This document shows positions 30,645-40,374 of a stretch of DNA of 64,000 nt, one piece after another. The notes under the pieces are model-generated. The model made no database searches. It saw only the letters and a list, made by a program, of their open reading frames with translations, and was not told the DNA's origin. How positions within the stretch are numbered: position 1 is the first letter of the stretch; each line of letters opens with the position of its first letter. Source of the DNA: Spirochaetales bacterium (GTDB lineage: Bacteria; Spirochaetota; Spirochaetia; UBA9216); the NCBI GenBank assembly GCA_016342585.1, contig JAEINK010000001.1, forward strand, positions 137,287-201,286. The letters run 5' to 3'. The position numbers and the translations under genes are program-made.

Positions 30645-31240
30645 AACTATTTTTACATTTTGCCGTGGTTGGCTTTTCCAATACTTATCTTATCGGACCC
30701 GATGAAGGCGGTGACGCCATTTTAATAGATCCGGGCATAATGAATATTGAACTCTTAAATCTTATTGAGAAAAATAAGTTGAACATTAAACACATCCTGA
30801 TTACCCATAACCACAATTCCCATATGGCCGGAATAAAAACACTTCAAAAAATCTATGACTTCGATATATACACGGCCCTTCCATCACGGATTGAGGGGGA
30901 AGCTATCGAGATAATGGATGGTGAGATTATTGAACTTGGGACTTTCAAGGTACTCCCCATATCCATTCAAGGCCACTCTCCCGATTCTTTTATCTTTCAG
31001 ATCGATAACCTTCTTTTCACCGGAGATGTTCTGGCTGCCGGAGTTCTTGGTTCTACTCCGAACTACAAAGCCAAGGTTCAATTAGTGAATACACTTCGAG
31101 AGAAGGTTGCTAAAATGGAAGGTAATCCTCTTATCTTCCCGGGACATGGCCCTCCGTCAACCCTGGAGTCAGAGCTACAGTTCAATCCTTATTTCAATGG
31201 ACAGAAGGAACTTGTTCAACATGTGGACTCTTTCCGCTGA
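30641..31240 (+). CDS. MBL-fold metallo-hydrolase (glyoxalase II-like)
   Basis: 199 aa. Motif ILITHNHNSHMAGI (HxHxDH-type). TTG start with AAGGAG 8 nt upstream. 4-nt overlap with the upstream gene. Confidence 0.8.
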   Translation: MKLFLHFAVVGFSNTYLIGPDEGGDAILIDPGIMNIELLNLIEKNKLNIKHILITHNHNSHMAGIKTLQKIYDFDIYTALPSRIEGEAIEIMDGEIIELGTFKVLPISIQGHSPDSFIFQIDNLLFTGDVLAAGVLGSTPNYKAKVQLVNTLREKVAKMEGNPLIFPGHGPPSTLESELQFNPYFNGQKELVQHVDSFR

Positions 31241-32144
31241 GAGTATGAAGCAACTCCTTAAACCTATCCGGCAGGGGGGCATGAAATGTTCGTTGTGAAT
31301 CCTCTCCCGGCAGCCTTATAGAGAGGGTCAAGGCGTGGAGCATCAGGCTCACCGGATGCTTTGGATCCTTCCTGCTGTATACCGGATCTCCCAAAATAGG
31401 ATGGCCGAGGGATAACATATGCACCCTGAGCTGATGTGTTCGCCCTGTTTTCGGCATCAGGGAGACGAAGTAATAATCATCAAAATTCTTCATGACTCTA
31501 TAATCCGTACAGCTGTGCTTTCCTTTTTTCTCATCATTCCATGTAAATCGTTTTCTGTTCCCGGGATCCCGGATTAAGTGATTTTTAATTCGTCCTTCCA
31601 TGGGGTAGAGATTTCCCTTGCAGACAGCCATGTATTTTTTTACCGCCGTTTTCTCACGAAACTGTTCAGATAAAAATTCCTGTGCTTCAGGGTTTTTAGC
31701 CGTAATAATTACACCGGAGGTATCCTTATCCAGTCTGTGAACAATTCCTGGCCGAATTGTTTCCCCCTGAAATTCATCCTCATACCCCTTGTATCTATAC
31801 ATGAGCCCCTGGACAAGTGTTCCCGTGTAATGACCTGCCGCGGGGTGGACAACCACACCCTGGGGTTTATTTACAACAAGAACATCATCATTTTCAAAAA
31901 GTATATCGAGGGGGATTTCATCCGGGAGGATATCCGGAATGATCGGTTCAGAATACTCAAGCTCAAGAAGGTCTCCGTCAACTACTTTACGGGAAAGTTT
32001 AACATCCTTACCATTAACCTTCAGGGTTAATTCCCGCTGCTTAAACTGACTTCGTGAAAGGAGTCCAAGTTCATCGGAAACATAACTGTCGACCCGCATG
32101 GTTTCTCCCTCAGGCAACTCTATCCTGCTGTTATGACTAATCAT
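31194..32144 (-). CDS. rluD: RluA-family 23S rRNA pseudouridine synthase (RluD-like)
   Basis: 316 aa. N-terminal S4-like region. Catalytic motif HRLDKDTSGVIITAKN. 3' end overlaps the convergent MBL gene by 47 nt. Confidence 0.85.
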   Translation of the reverse strand: MISHNSRIELPEGETMRVDSYVSDELGLLSRSQFKQRELTLKVNGKDVKLSRKVVDGDLLELEYSEPIIPDILPDEIPLDILFENDDVLVVNKPQGVVVHPAAGHYTGTLVQGLMYRYKGYEDEFQGETIRPGIVHRLDKDTSGVIITAKNPEAQEFLSEQFREKTAVKKYMAVCKGNLYPMEGRIKNHLIRDPGNRKRFTWNDEKKGKHSCTDYRVMKNFDDYYFVSLMPKTGRTHQLRVHMLSLGHPILGDPVYSRKDPKHPVSLMLHALTLSIRLPGEDSQRTFHAPLPDRFKELLHTLSGKSPHVEQVPSVH

Positions 32145-32538
32145 TTTCTTCCTTCTGAATCTTGCCTAGAAAAAAGTCAATAACAGCAATTGTTAAAGAC
32201 AATCCAAGACCGATATATATCATATTCTTCTGATCATCCTGCTCAAGATCATTCCACCCGGGAACAACATCGCCAGCCGAGGCAGTGATATTATTATAAG
32301 CATATTTGACGCTTCTGTAACCTACAGCTGTAAAAAGAAATGAAAAGGGAGCCGATCCGAAAAAGATTATCTCTCCGCGTCTAAGATCCTTAGTCCACTG
32401 AGGAAACTCCTCATCTGTATATGGTACAGGCGTGAGATCTAATATTGGTTCATCTTTATTTGAATCGCTACTTGAACTTTGTGCCATTAAAGGGAAGAGC
32501 ATGGAAATAAGAATAAGTATTGATATAAACCTCTTCAT
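32137..32538 (-). CDS. Small secreted/membrane protein (hypothetical)
   Basis: 133 aa. Signal peptide MKRFISILILISMLFPLMAQ. C-terminal hydrophobic segment. Overlaps rluD start by 8 nt and abuts yggS. Confidence 0.5.
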   Translation of the reverse strand: MKRFISILILISMLFPLMAQSSSSDSNKDEPILDLTPVPYTDEEFPQWTKDLRRGEIIFFGSAPFSFLFTAVGYRSVKYAYNNITASAGDVVPGWNDLEQDDQKNMIYIGLGLSLTIAVIDFFLGKIQKEEND

Positions 32539-33228
32539 CTAATTTCTGCCACCGAAGAGGATCGTCCCTATCCGTAAAATATTTGCTCCTTCTTCGATGG
32601 CTATTTCAAAGTCTGAAGACATCCCCATGGAAAGTATTGAAAAATCTATATGCGGATATCTTTCAGCAGCTTCGATCTGGAGCTCTTTTAAACCTCTAAA
32701 TGAACTTCTAACCAGTGATTCATCACCGGTAAATGGAGCCATTGTCATTAGACCACCGATTTTCACCCTTTTCAGTTCATCTATTCTCTCAATAGTTTCA
32801 AATAATTGTATCTTTTCCCGAAAACCATTTTTAGATTCTTCTCCTGAAGTGTTCACCTCAAGAAAAATACGGATATCTTTCGAAAGAGCCTCACACTGTT
32901 TTTCTACAGCAGCAGCCGTTTTAAACTTATCGATAGAGTGAATACAACTTGTATGGATAACTGCCGATCGGGACTTATTGCTCTGAAGATGACCGATTAA
33001 ATGGAGTTCCATATCTGCTGGAGGATCTATGAATTTGTCCTCTATCTCCTGAAGCCTGTTTTCCCCAAAGAGTCTTAACCCAAGATCATATGCATCCATG
33101 ATCTCACCCCAACTCCTGGTTTTCGAAACAGCCATAATCTTTATTTCATCTCGCGATCGTCCTGCCCTGTCACAAGCAGCCTGTATCCTTTCATTAATCT
33201 TATCAAGATTATCTTTGATTCCTGCCAT
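32539..33228 (-). CDS. yggS: YggS-family pyridoxal-phosphate homeostasis protein
   Basis: Motifs AVSKTRS...GENRLQE...LIGHLQSNKSR. The track ORF starts at TTG 33234. The in-frame ATG two codons later (MAGIKDNL, 33228) is the likely start. Confidence 0.85.
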   Translation of the reverse strand: MAGIKDNLDKINERIQAACDRAGRSRDEIKIMAVSKTRSWGEIMDAYDLGLRLFGENRLQEIEDKFIDPPADMELHLIGHLQSNKSRSAVIHTSCIHSIDKFKTAAAVEKQCEALSKDIRIFLEVNTSGEESKNGFREKIQLFETIERIDELKRVKIGGLMTMAPFTGDESLVRSSFRGLKELQIEAAERYPHIDFSILSMGMSSDFEIAIEEGANILRIGTILFGGRN

Positions 33229-33347
33229 ACACAAAGTATATCACTTCTTTACTGATAGGAAAAGCTATCCTAAAAGTATAAGAATAAAGCTTAACCGAGA
33301 GAGACGATAGATGATAAAAGAAAATAATATGAATTTATAAATTCCTG

Positions 33348-33376
33348 TTGACAACAATTTCCTAAAATGATAAAAC
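33348..33376 (+). promoter_or_regulatory. Sigma-70-like promoter for tRNA-Val
   Basis: TTGACA, 17-nt spacer, TAAAAC, ending about 16 nt before the tRNA 5' end. Confidence 0.5.
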
Positions 33377-33392
33377 CTTAATCACAAAGCAG

Positions 33393-33465
33393 GGGCGTTT
33401 AGCTCAGTTGGGAGAGCGCCTGCCTTACAAGCAGGATGTCGGGGGTTCAAGTCCCTCAACGCCCA
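33393..33465 (+). tRNA. tRNA-Val (anticodon TAC)
   Basis: Hand-folded cloverleaf. Acceptor GGGCGTT/AACGCCC. D arm GCTC-AGTTGGGA-GAGC. Anticodon stem CCTGC/GCAGG with loop CTTACAA. 5-nt variable loop. T arm GGGGG-TTCAAGT-CCCTC. Discriminator A. CCA is not encoded. Coordinates may be off by about 1 nt. Confidence 0.85.
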
Positions 33466-33470
33466 CTTTT

Positions 33471-33508
33471 AAACTGAAACAATCGAAAGGTTGTTTCAGT
33501 TTTTTTTT
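33471..33508. terminator. Rho-independent terminator downstream of tRNA-Val, with an A-tract upstream and a T-tract downstream
   Basis: Perfect 12-bp stem AAACTGAAACAA / TTGTTTCAGTTT with an 8-nt loop, followed by a run of 9 T. Confidence 0.75.
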
Positions 33509-33639
33509 GCCCTGATGGGGACTTGAAACGTGTGAGTAACCCGACTTGAGGAGGGTAAGAAACAGAATATATTTTTTGGAATGAAGACGGGATATCCGGA
33601 AGGCATCAGGATGATTCCTCCCTAATTTAAGGATTGCTG

Positions 33640-35931
33640 TTAATATTCCGAGTTAAACCGAAAACCCGAGGCAAGACTCCCATCCCAGGAAAATCCCAAG
33701 TCTGCAGAGACTTTTCCGATTGGAGTCTGTACAATGAGTCCTGCTCCCAGTCCTGCTTTCAGGATTCCCAACTCATCAAAACTATCCAAATCATCCCATG
33801 AATTCCCAATTCGAAAAACGGTATCCAGAGAAGTTTCCATACCAAGGAAATCAGTTATTTTTTCAATATTCATACGGTATCCCACCCCGAGGATAATTTT
33901 ATCATTACCCTCTTCACCAAGACTTATGTAACCGGGAATCCCTCCCGGTCCACCTGGTGAATATGTAGTCCATTGGTTCTGGACTTCGCCTTTATAATGT
34001 CCGAGGTCGAGATTTAAATAAACGATTTTATCGGTTTGATAAGAATAAAGAAGCCTGCCGTATACTTCGATCGAACGAAAAAAGGCATCATCAAAATCAA
34101 ATGGAAGGAATACAGATACACTGCCATTACCATCAAAACCGAATTTGCTGAAGGAGCTGTTATTATATAAAGCCCAATCGAAACCTAATTTAATAGTTTG
34201 ATAGAAATCCAGCATATTTATCTCTTCAGCATCGTTATTGCTAATCTCATCCAATGTCCCAAGGCTCTTATACCAGTCAACACCAGCTTCATAACCAAAA
34301 GAGATTTGAGCTATAGCCATTAAATCATAAACAAGTTCAAGATTTGCAGAAAGATTCTGATAATCATCCAGCTCACGGGTAGTTTGATAAGAATTTACCT
34401 TGGAGATATAAAAGAGCCCATCCAATTTCTGCCGAAGACCGAGAGAAGGTAGAAGCGGTTGATAATATGAAACTTCAAAATCTATACCTTTATCAAAATA
34501 GAGGGATAGATCCGCATTTAACATCGAATTATTTCCTGTCAAATCACGCAACTTTAATTCAAAGTATCCATCGCCCTGAATATAATATTCATCACCTAGT
34601 TCAGCATCAAAATGAACTCCCATAACAAGTTCATTTTGCCCCAATTCTGAAGGAGTCCCCTTCACATTAAGGGTCCCTCCCTCACCACCCGAAAGTGTGG
34701 TTTCATCAAGATAATATATGAGAGATCTATAATCACCAAGATTGTTAAAATCGACGATATATCTTTCAACCGCATCTAAATTTAATTTTTTACTATTTAT
34801 TTTTAAAATAGACCCATCTGGATTCTCCTCAGAATGATTATTCAGATCTGAGTTATCTTTAAATACTATATTATTGATTTCAGGTTCAGGGAGATCAAAG
34901 TATGAACCATAACGAAAGCTGTCTTTTGGTTCGAGTTTACGTGTTTTACCAACCACTGAAGCAAGTGTAACAAGGTCATCCCAATGGGATCGTGCAGCAG
35001 CCTCTCCCCTGTCAGCCAATTCAGAAAAATTATTAAAATCAAAACGTGTAAAATCTTCCAAATCCGGGACGATTGTCAGATCTGCCAGTTTAACATCCTC
35101 CATATGAGAATTAATATTAAAAACAATTCTCATAGTCTGGTCCGCTACATTAATAGCATTTTTCATATCACCATTTTCTCTTTCAGGTAGATATTCTACA
35201 TTGACGGAGATTATTATATCCATATCCTCCGACAAAGCTATATCAACAGGAAGATTATTCAAAACGCCCCCGTCGATCAGGTACCCACCATAGGCTTTGA
35301 TAGGATTAAAAACAACAGGTAGTCCCATACTGGCACGCATGGCCTCGGCAAGTACCCCATCTTTAATTTTAACTTCACCACCACGATTTAAATCTACAGC
35401 GACCGTACGAAATGGTACTTCCAAATCATCAAAATTCCGGATCATAGAAACCCTGTATGTAAGCCTGGAAAGAAGGGAGCAGATCCTCTGATCATCAACA
35501 ATTCCTTCATCCTGAAGGAAACCTGTATCATCAAGATTCAAGGTAAGAAGATCCTGAGCGCCATCAAAAACCGTTCCAGTAGAGCTCCTGTTTAATTCCA
35601 TGAACATCATGTTCCAATTCAGTCGCTCCGAAAACCGGATCATATCCTCAGGAGAATAACCGGCAGCATACAAGCCCCCAACCAGGGCGCCCATACTGTT
35701 TCCAACTACTAAATCGATGGGGATTCCTAGCTCTTCAATAACACGCAAGACGCCGATATGAGCAAACCCGAGGGCTGCCCCTCCAGAGAGTACCAGGCCA
35801 ACTTTTAAAGGCTCAACCCTCTCCACTATTTTATTCGAAGGCATACCGTCTATAACAGTTTCTTCTGCAGGTAATATTGAAAATATTGAAAATATGAAAA
35901 TTACTTTTATAATTATTTGCCTTTTTTTCAT
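33640..35931 (-). CDS. Patatin-like phospholipase fused to an Omp85/BamA-type surface-antigen beta-barrel (outer-membrane phospholipase)
   Basis: Signal peptide [24 protein letters not shown] (start 35931; the track ORF begins 17 codons upstream). Patatin motifs [17 protein letters not shown] (GxSxG) and DGG. The C-terminal approximately 350 aa are rich in alternating aromatic residues and end in a typical barrel terminus. Confidence 0.8.
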   Translation of the reverse strand: MKKRQIIIKVIFIFSIFSILPAEETVIDGMPSNKIVERVEPLKVGLVLSGGAALGFAHIGVLRVIEELGIPIDLVVGNSMGALVGGLYAAGYSPEDMIRFSERLNWNMMFMELNRSSTGTVFDGAQDLLTLNLDDTGFLQDEGIVDDQRICSLLSRLTYRVSMIRNFDDLEVPFRTVAVDLNRGGEVKIKDGVLAEAMRASMGLPVVFNPIKAYGGYLIDGGVLNNLPVDIALSEDMDIIISVNVEYLPERENGDMKNAINVADQTMRIVFNINSHMEDVKLADLTIVPDLEDFTRFDFNNFSELADRGEAAARSHWDDLVTLASVVGKTRKLEPKDSFRYGSYFDLPEPEINNIVFKDNSDLNNHSEENPDGSILKINSKKLNLDAVERYIVDFNNLGDYRSLIYYLDETTLSGGEGGTLNVKGTPSELGQNELVMGVHFDAELGDEYYIQGDGYFELKLRDLTGNNSMLNADLSLYFDKGIDFEVSYYQPLLPSLGLRQKLDGLFYISKVNSYQTTRELDDYQNLSANLELVYDLMAIAQISFGYEAGVDWYKSLGTLDEISNNDAEEINMLDFYQTIKLGFDWALYNNSSFSKFGFDGNGSVSVFLPFDFDDAFFRSIEVYGRLLYSYQTDKIVYLNLDLGHYKGEVQNQWTTYSPGGPGGIPGYISLGEEGNDKIILGVGYRMNIEKITDFLGMETSLDTVFRIGNSWDDLDSFDELGILKAGLGAGLIVQTPIGKVSADLGFSWDGSLASGFRFNSEY

Positions 35932-35975
35932 CCATTTTACTTTATACTTATCGGCTTCAAAAAACAATATACTCT

Positions 35976-36004
35976 TTAACAAAGAAAGGGTTTTATGCTA
36001 ATAT
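35976..36004 (+). promoter_or_regulatory. Putative fusA promoter, possibly leaderless
   Basis: TTAACA, 17-nt spacer, TAATAT with a TGn extension. The -10 ends 7 nt before the fusA ATG and no SD is present. Confidence 0.35.
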
Positions 36005-36011
36005 CCACCCC

Positions 36012-38048
36012 ATGAGTACCACGAAAATGCGCAATATCGGAATTATGGCCCACATAGATGCGGGGAAGACAACGACGACAGAAAGAATCCTCTATTACTC
36101 TGGAAAAAGTCATCGAATAGGTGAAGTAGATAACGGTGAAGCCACCATGGACTGGATGGAACAAGAGCAGAACCGGGGAATTACCATTACCTCTGCAGCC
36201 ACCACATGTTTTTGGAAGGATAATCAAATTAATATTATCGATACTCCGGGCCATGTAGATTTTACAGCTGAAGTCGAACGTTCACTAAGGGTACTCGATG
36301 GAGCAATTGCTATTTTTTGTGCTGTAGGGGGTGTTGAACCTCAATCAGAAACAGTATGGCATCAGGCAGACACTTACGATGTTCCAAGAATGGCGTTTAT
36401 AAATAAGATGGATAGAATCGGTGCAGATTTTTTCGCAGCCGTTGAAGATATGAAAACTAAACTGAGGGCCAACCCTGTAATTCTTCAACTTCCCATCGGG
36501 GCTGAATCAGATTTTGAGGGGATCATAGATCTGATTCATATGCGTGAAATCAGATGGAATAAAGAAACTAATGGAATGGATTTTGAGTTTTCCGAAATCG
36601 CTCCGGAACGAAAAGAGCTTGCTGATAAATGGTACGATGCCATGCTCGATGGACTAGGGTCCTACTCGGATGAAATTATGGAACTTTTTCTGGAAGGCGA
36701 ACCTATTCCGGAAGATCTTCTAAAAAAGGTAATTAGAAAAGAGACGATTGAGCGAAATATTATTCCAACCTTCACAGGTGCCTCCTTAAAAAACATTGGG
36801 GTTCAAACCCTTCTTGATGCTGTAATTGACTTTCTCCCCTGTCCTGATGATGTTCCCAATGCCATAGGACATTCGGTTAAAACCGAAGAGGCAGTTGAGA
36901 TTGACAGAAAGATAGATGGTCCACCCCTTGCTCTTGCTTTCAAGATTCAGGCAGATAGAGAAGCCGGCCCATTGACCTTCATTAGAGTCTATTCGGGAAC
37001 TATAAAAAAAGGGGCGACCCTTTATAACATAAATAAAAAGAAACGGGAAAGAGTAAACCGAATATTAAGGATGCACTCCAACCGTTCAGAAGATCTTTCA
37101 TCCTTATCTGCAGGTGATATCGGTGTTTTGATAGGATCAAAAATTACCCAGACTGGAGATACCCTTGGCAGTGAAGGGTTTCAGGTACTTTTAGAAAATA
37201 TGAACTTCCCGGAACCTGTTATTGCTGTTGCCATTGAACCTAAAACAATGTCCGACAGGGATAAGCTTAAAAAGTCTCTGGAGACCTTAAGTACAGAAGA
37301 CCCCACATTTACAATTTCGGAAAATGATGATACAGGTCAGCTTGTGATTTCAGGAATGGGAGAGTTGCATCTTGATGTACTTGTGACTCGTGTGACAAAG
37401 GAATTCAAGGTTGGGGCTAACATCGGTAACCCTCAAGTCTCCTACAGAGAGTCGGTTACCGCAGAAGTTGTTCACACCGAAAAATTCCAGAAACTCATTG
37501 CAGGTAAGGAGAATATGGCAGAAATCACACTGAAAGTTGTTCCGCTGGAACGAGGTTCAGGAAATATTTTCACCAGTGAAATAGGTGAAAAAGAACTTCC
37601 CCGAGAGATGCTTGATGCTGTCACAAGGGGAGTGAATAATGCTTTCAGTTCGGGAATCATGTACGGTTACCCGGCCATCGATATCGGGGTTACCCTGATC
37701 GGGGTTCAATACTCGGAGCTTACCGCTTCTCCCTTCGCGTATGAAGCTGTAGGTTCCATGGGTTTTGATGCAGCCTGCCGTAAAGCCTCCCCCGCCTTAC
37801 TTGAACCAATTATGAACCTGGATATAATGACGCCTGTTGATTATGTAGGAGAAGTTATCGGCAACCTCACCACCCGTGGTGGCATAATAACAAGTCTTGA
37901 ATCAAAACCCACTATTGAGCATATTCGAGCACAAGCCCCCATGGCCAGTATGTTCGGATACTCAACATCCCTTCGCTCTGTTACTCAGGGAAGAGGAACT
38001 TTTGGAATGGAATTCTCACACTTCGCTCCCAAGCCAGGCGGTATTTAG
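36012..38048 (+). CDS. fusA: Translation elongation factor G (canonical EF-G)
   Basis: 678 aa. N-terminus [24 protein letters not shown]...[24 protein letters not shown] is near-identical in pattern to bacterial EF-G. Confidence 0.9.
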   Translation: MSTTKMRNIGIMAHIDAGKTTTTERILYYSGKSHRIGEVDNGEATMDWMEQEQNRGITITSAATTCFWKDNQINIIDTPGHVDFTAEVERSLRVLDGAIAIFCAVGGVEPQSETVWHQADTYDVPRMAFINKMDRIGADFFAAVEDMKTKLRANPVILQLPIGAESDFEGIIDLIHMREIRWNKETNGMDFEFSEIAPERKELADKWYDAMLDGLGSYSDEIMELFLEGEPIPEDLLKKVIRKETIERNIIPTFTGASLKNIGVQTLLDAVIDFLPCPDDVPNAIGHSVKTEEAVEIDRKIDGPPLALAFKIQADREAGPLTFIRVYSGTIKKGATLYNINKKKRERVNRILRMHSNRSEDLSSLSAGDIGVLIGSKITQTGDTLGSEGFQVLLENMNFPEPVIAVAIEPKTMSDRDKLKKSLETLSTEDPTFTISENDDTGQLVISGMGELHLDVLVTRVTKEFKVGANIGNPQVSYRESVTAEVVHTEKFQKLIAGKENMAEITLKVVPLERGSGNIFTSEIGEKELPREMLDAVTRGVNNAFSSGIMYGYPAIDIGVTLIGVQYSELTASPFAYEAVGSMGFDAACRKASPALLEPIMNLDIMTPVDYVGEVIGNLTTRGGIITSLESKPTIEHIRAQAPMASMFGYSTSLRSVTQGRGTFGMEFSHFAPKPGGI

Positions 38049-38109
38049 CAGCCTTATAAAATTAGTTAGACTCTCCTAATCGAAATATAATACTTAACAT
38101 CTCTTTTTA

Positions 38110-38137
38110 TTGACATCCCCTCCTGCTGTGGTATGAT
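38110..38137 (+). promoter_or_regulatory. Near-consensus sigma-70 promoter for the EF-G2 gene
   Basis: TTGACA, 16-nt spacer, TGgTATGAT (extended -10). It lies 35 nt upstream of the AAGGAG RBS (38162-38167) and the ATG at 38173. Confidence 0.6.
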
Positions 38138-38172
38138 ATTTAGGATTATCTGTAACACAATAAGGAGACGTT

Positions 38173-40242
38173 ATGAGTTTTTCAACCGACGCCATTAGAA
38201 ATGTGGCTCTAGCCGGCCATGGGAGTACCGGCAAAACCACTTTACTGGAAAATATTCTCGCTGCCTCAGGCGCAATTGCCAAAGCAGAGTTGGTAAGCTC
38301 CGGCAAGACTGTAAGTGACTACACTCCTGAAGAAAAAGAAAGAGGGATTTCTGTTCATACTTCCCTTTCCAATGCAGAATGGAAATCTACAAAAATCAAT
38401 CTTCTCGATACTCCGGGTGCATCTGACTTCGTTGGTGAAGTTGTTGCAGCATTCAGAACAGCAGAGACCGGAATCATGGTTGTGGGAGCCGATACGGGAG
38501 TCCAGATCGAAACAATCAAGCTCTGGAGAAGATTGAATGTCAGAGAGATGCCAAGAATTGTTTTCATCAACAAGATGGATAAGGAAAGAGCGGATTTTTC
38601 AAAAGTGCTTGAAGATCTCTCATCCCAATTCAAGTACCCCTTCATCCCCGTCAATTTCCCCATGGGAGAGGGCGCAGAATTCAAGGGTGTTGTCGATTTG
38701 ATCACGAACAAAGCCTACTCTACTCCAGGTGATGGTAAGGAAAAGGGTGAGGCTGTTCCCGCTGATTACACTGAGAAAGCTGAAGAGTATAAGGTTGCTT
38801 TGATAGAAACTGCCGCCGAAGGTGATGATACCATTCTTGAAAAATATTTTGAAGATGGAACTCTAATGGATGAAGATCTTGCAACTGGATTGAAAGCGGG
38901 AATTGCCCAGAACAGATTTGTACCGGTAATCTGTGGCAATGCTGAAACAGGAAGTGGCATTGCTTCTCTTCTTGATTTCATTGTAACAAGCTGCCCGTCC
39001 CCCCTTGGTTTTAATGAAAAAGCCATTAATTCTAAAGGTGAAGAGATTTTAGTTCCCATCGATCCGAAAGGTTCTCCTGCACTCATGGTTTTTAAAACAA
39101 CCATCGACCAGTTTTCCGGAAAACTTTCATTTTTCAAAGCAATGAGCGGTATAATTCATGCTGATACAGAAATGTACAATATGGAAATTGATAAAAAGGA
39201 AAAGATTGGAAAAATCTACACCTGTGAAGGTAAGAATATTAGTGAAAGAAAAGAGGTCACAGCAGGAGATTTGGCAATTCTTAGCAAAATGGAACACATA
39301 GACACTAATGGTTCCTTTGCCTCTATTGATAATCAAATTTCTTATATACCACTTAAATTGCCACAGCCGGTCCATTCGGTAGCTGTTAACGCAATTGTAA
39401 AGAAAGAAGAAGATAAACTTAATCAGGCTCTTCACAGGGCGGCTGAAGAGGATCTTACCTTTCAGATTAATTTTAACAAAGAAACAAAAGAGACTGTAGT
39501 TTCTGCTATGGGAGAACTTCACCTGAATATTATCCTTGATAAAATCAAGGATAAACAGAAGATCCAAATAGAAACAAGAGTTCCCCGTGTTGCCTATCGG
39601 GAAACCATCACAAAAACAGCCGATGCTGAGTACACCCATAAAAAACAGTCGGGTGGTCATGGGCAATATGGTCGTGTTGTTATGGCTATTTCTCCTCTTC
39701 CAAGAGGTGAGCAGATGAAATTTGAAAATGCTATCAAGGGTGGCTCAATTTCCAAGGGGTATATGCCCGGTATCGAAAAAGGAATTGTCGAAGCCATGGA
39801 AGAGGGATTTCTTGCAGGATATCCTCTTGTTGATATCGGTACAAGGATAGTCGATGGAAAAGAACACCCTGTAGACTCTTCGGAAATGGCATTCAAACTG
39901 GCAGGAAAAGGTGCCTTGAAAATTGCTGTTGAGAAAGCCAGACCCGTTCTTCTTGAACCAGTTGTTAATTTGAGTGTTTTTACAGATGAGCAGTACGTAG
40001 GGGATATACTTTCCGATCTATCCAGTAGAAGAGGCCGTGTACTTGGTCAGGAGGCTCTGGGCGGTGGTATTACTGAGATTGATGCTCAGGTTCCTCAAGC
40101 AGAAATGCTTCGATATTCGATCGACCTTCGCTCTATTACTTCCGGAACAGCATCCTTCGAGATGGAATTTGATCATTATGATCCTATCTCAGGTAAGATT
40201 GCAGAAGCTGTAATCGCTGCATCCAAGGCGAATGAAGATTAA
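38173..40242 (+). CDS. Elongation factor G paralog (EF-G2 type)
   Basis: 689 aa. G-domain GHGSTGKTTLLENIL...DYTPEEKERGIS...DTPG...NKMD. The five-domain EF-G architecture is present but divergent from fusA, matching the second EF-G class of Thermus and spirochetes. Confidence 0.85.
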   Translation: MSFSTDAIRNVALAGHGSTGKTTLLENILAASGAIAKAELVSSGKTVSDYTPEEKERGISVHTSLSNAEWKSTKINLLDTPGASDFVGEVVAAFRTAETGIMVVGADTGVQIETIKLWRRLNVREMPRIVFINKMDKERADFSKVLEDLSSQFKYPFIPVNFPMGEGAEFKGVVDLITNKAYSTPGDGKEKGEAVPADYTEKAEEYKVALIETAAEGDDTILEKYFEDGTLMDEDLATGLKAGIAQNRFVPVICGNAETGSGIASLLDFIVTSCPSPLGFNEKAINSKGEEILVPIDPKGSPALMVFKTTIDQFSGKLSFFKAMSGIIHADTEMYNMEIDKKEKIGKIYTCEGKNISERKEVTAGDLAILSKMEHIDTNGSFASIDNQISYIPLKLPQPVHSVAVNAIVKKEEDKLNQALHRAAEEDLTFQINFNKETKETVVSAMGELHLNIILDKIKDKQKIQIETRVPRVAYRETITKTADAEYTHKKQSGGHGQYGRVVMAISPLPRGEQMKFENAIKGGSISKGYMPGIEKGIVEAMEEGFLAGYPLVDIGTRIVDGKEHPVDSSEMAFKLAGKGALKIAVEKARPVLLEPVVNLSVFTDEQYVGDILSDLSSRRGRVLGQEALGGGITEIDAQVPQAEMLRYSIDLRSITSGTASFEMEFDHYDPISGKIAEAVIAASKANED

Positions 40243-40284
40243 TCGATTATTACCCTATCTGGATTAATTTCAGATAGTCATTAC

Positions 40285-40333
40285 ACAAAAAAAGCCCTGC
40301 TTTGATTTAGATAATCAGCAGGGCTTTTCTTAT
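40285..40333. terminator. Bidirectional rho-independent terminator between EF-G2 and convergent gltA
   Basis: Perfect 9-10 bp stem AAGCCCTGCT / AGCAGGGCTT with a 15-nt loop. Flanked by A8 upstream and TTTTCTT downstream. Confidence 0.75.
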
Positions 40334-40374
40334 GTTTTATCATAGAGGCAGGTAATGAAACCTGCATCTTCGAT

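Noticed and set aside
33511-33639. Possible sRNA or structured element between the tRNA terminator and the patatin gene 3' end
   Set aside because: Only weak, imperfect inverted repeats (5-6 bp). No convincing promoter plus terminator pair.
35976-36254. 92-aa minus-strand ORF overlapping the fusA start
   Set aside because: It is antisense to the highly conserved EF-G N-terminus and overlaps the fusA promoter. It is a reading-frame artefact.
39127-39666. 179-aa minus-strand ORF inside the EF-G2 gene
   Set aside because: Antisense to a conserved coding region. Its composition is Phe/Ile/Cys-rich from reading AT-rich sense codons backwards. No start context.
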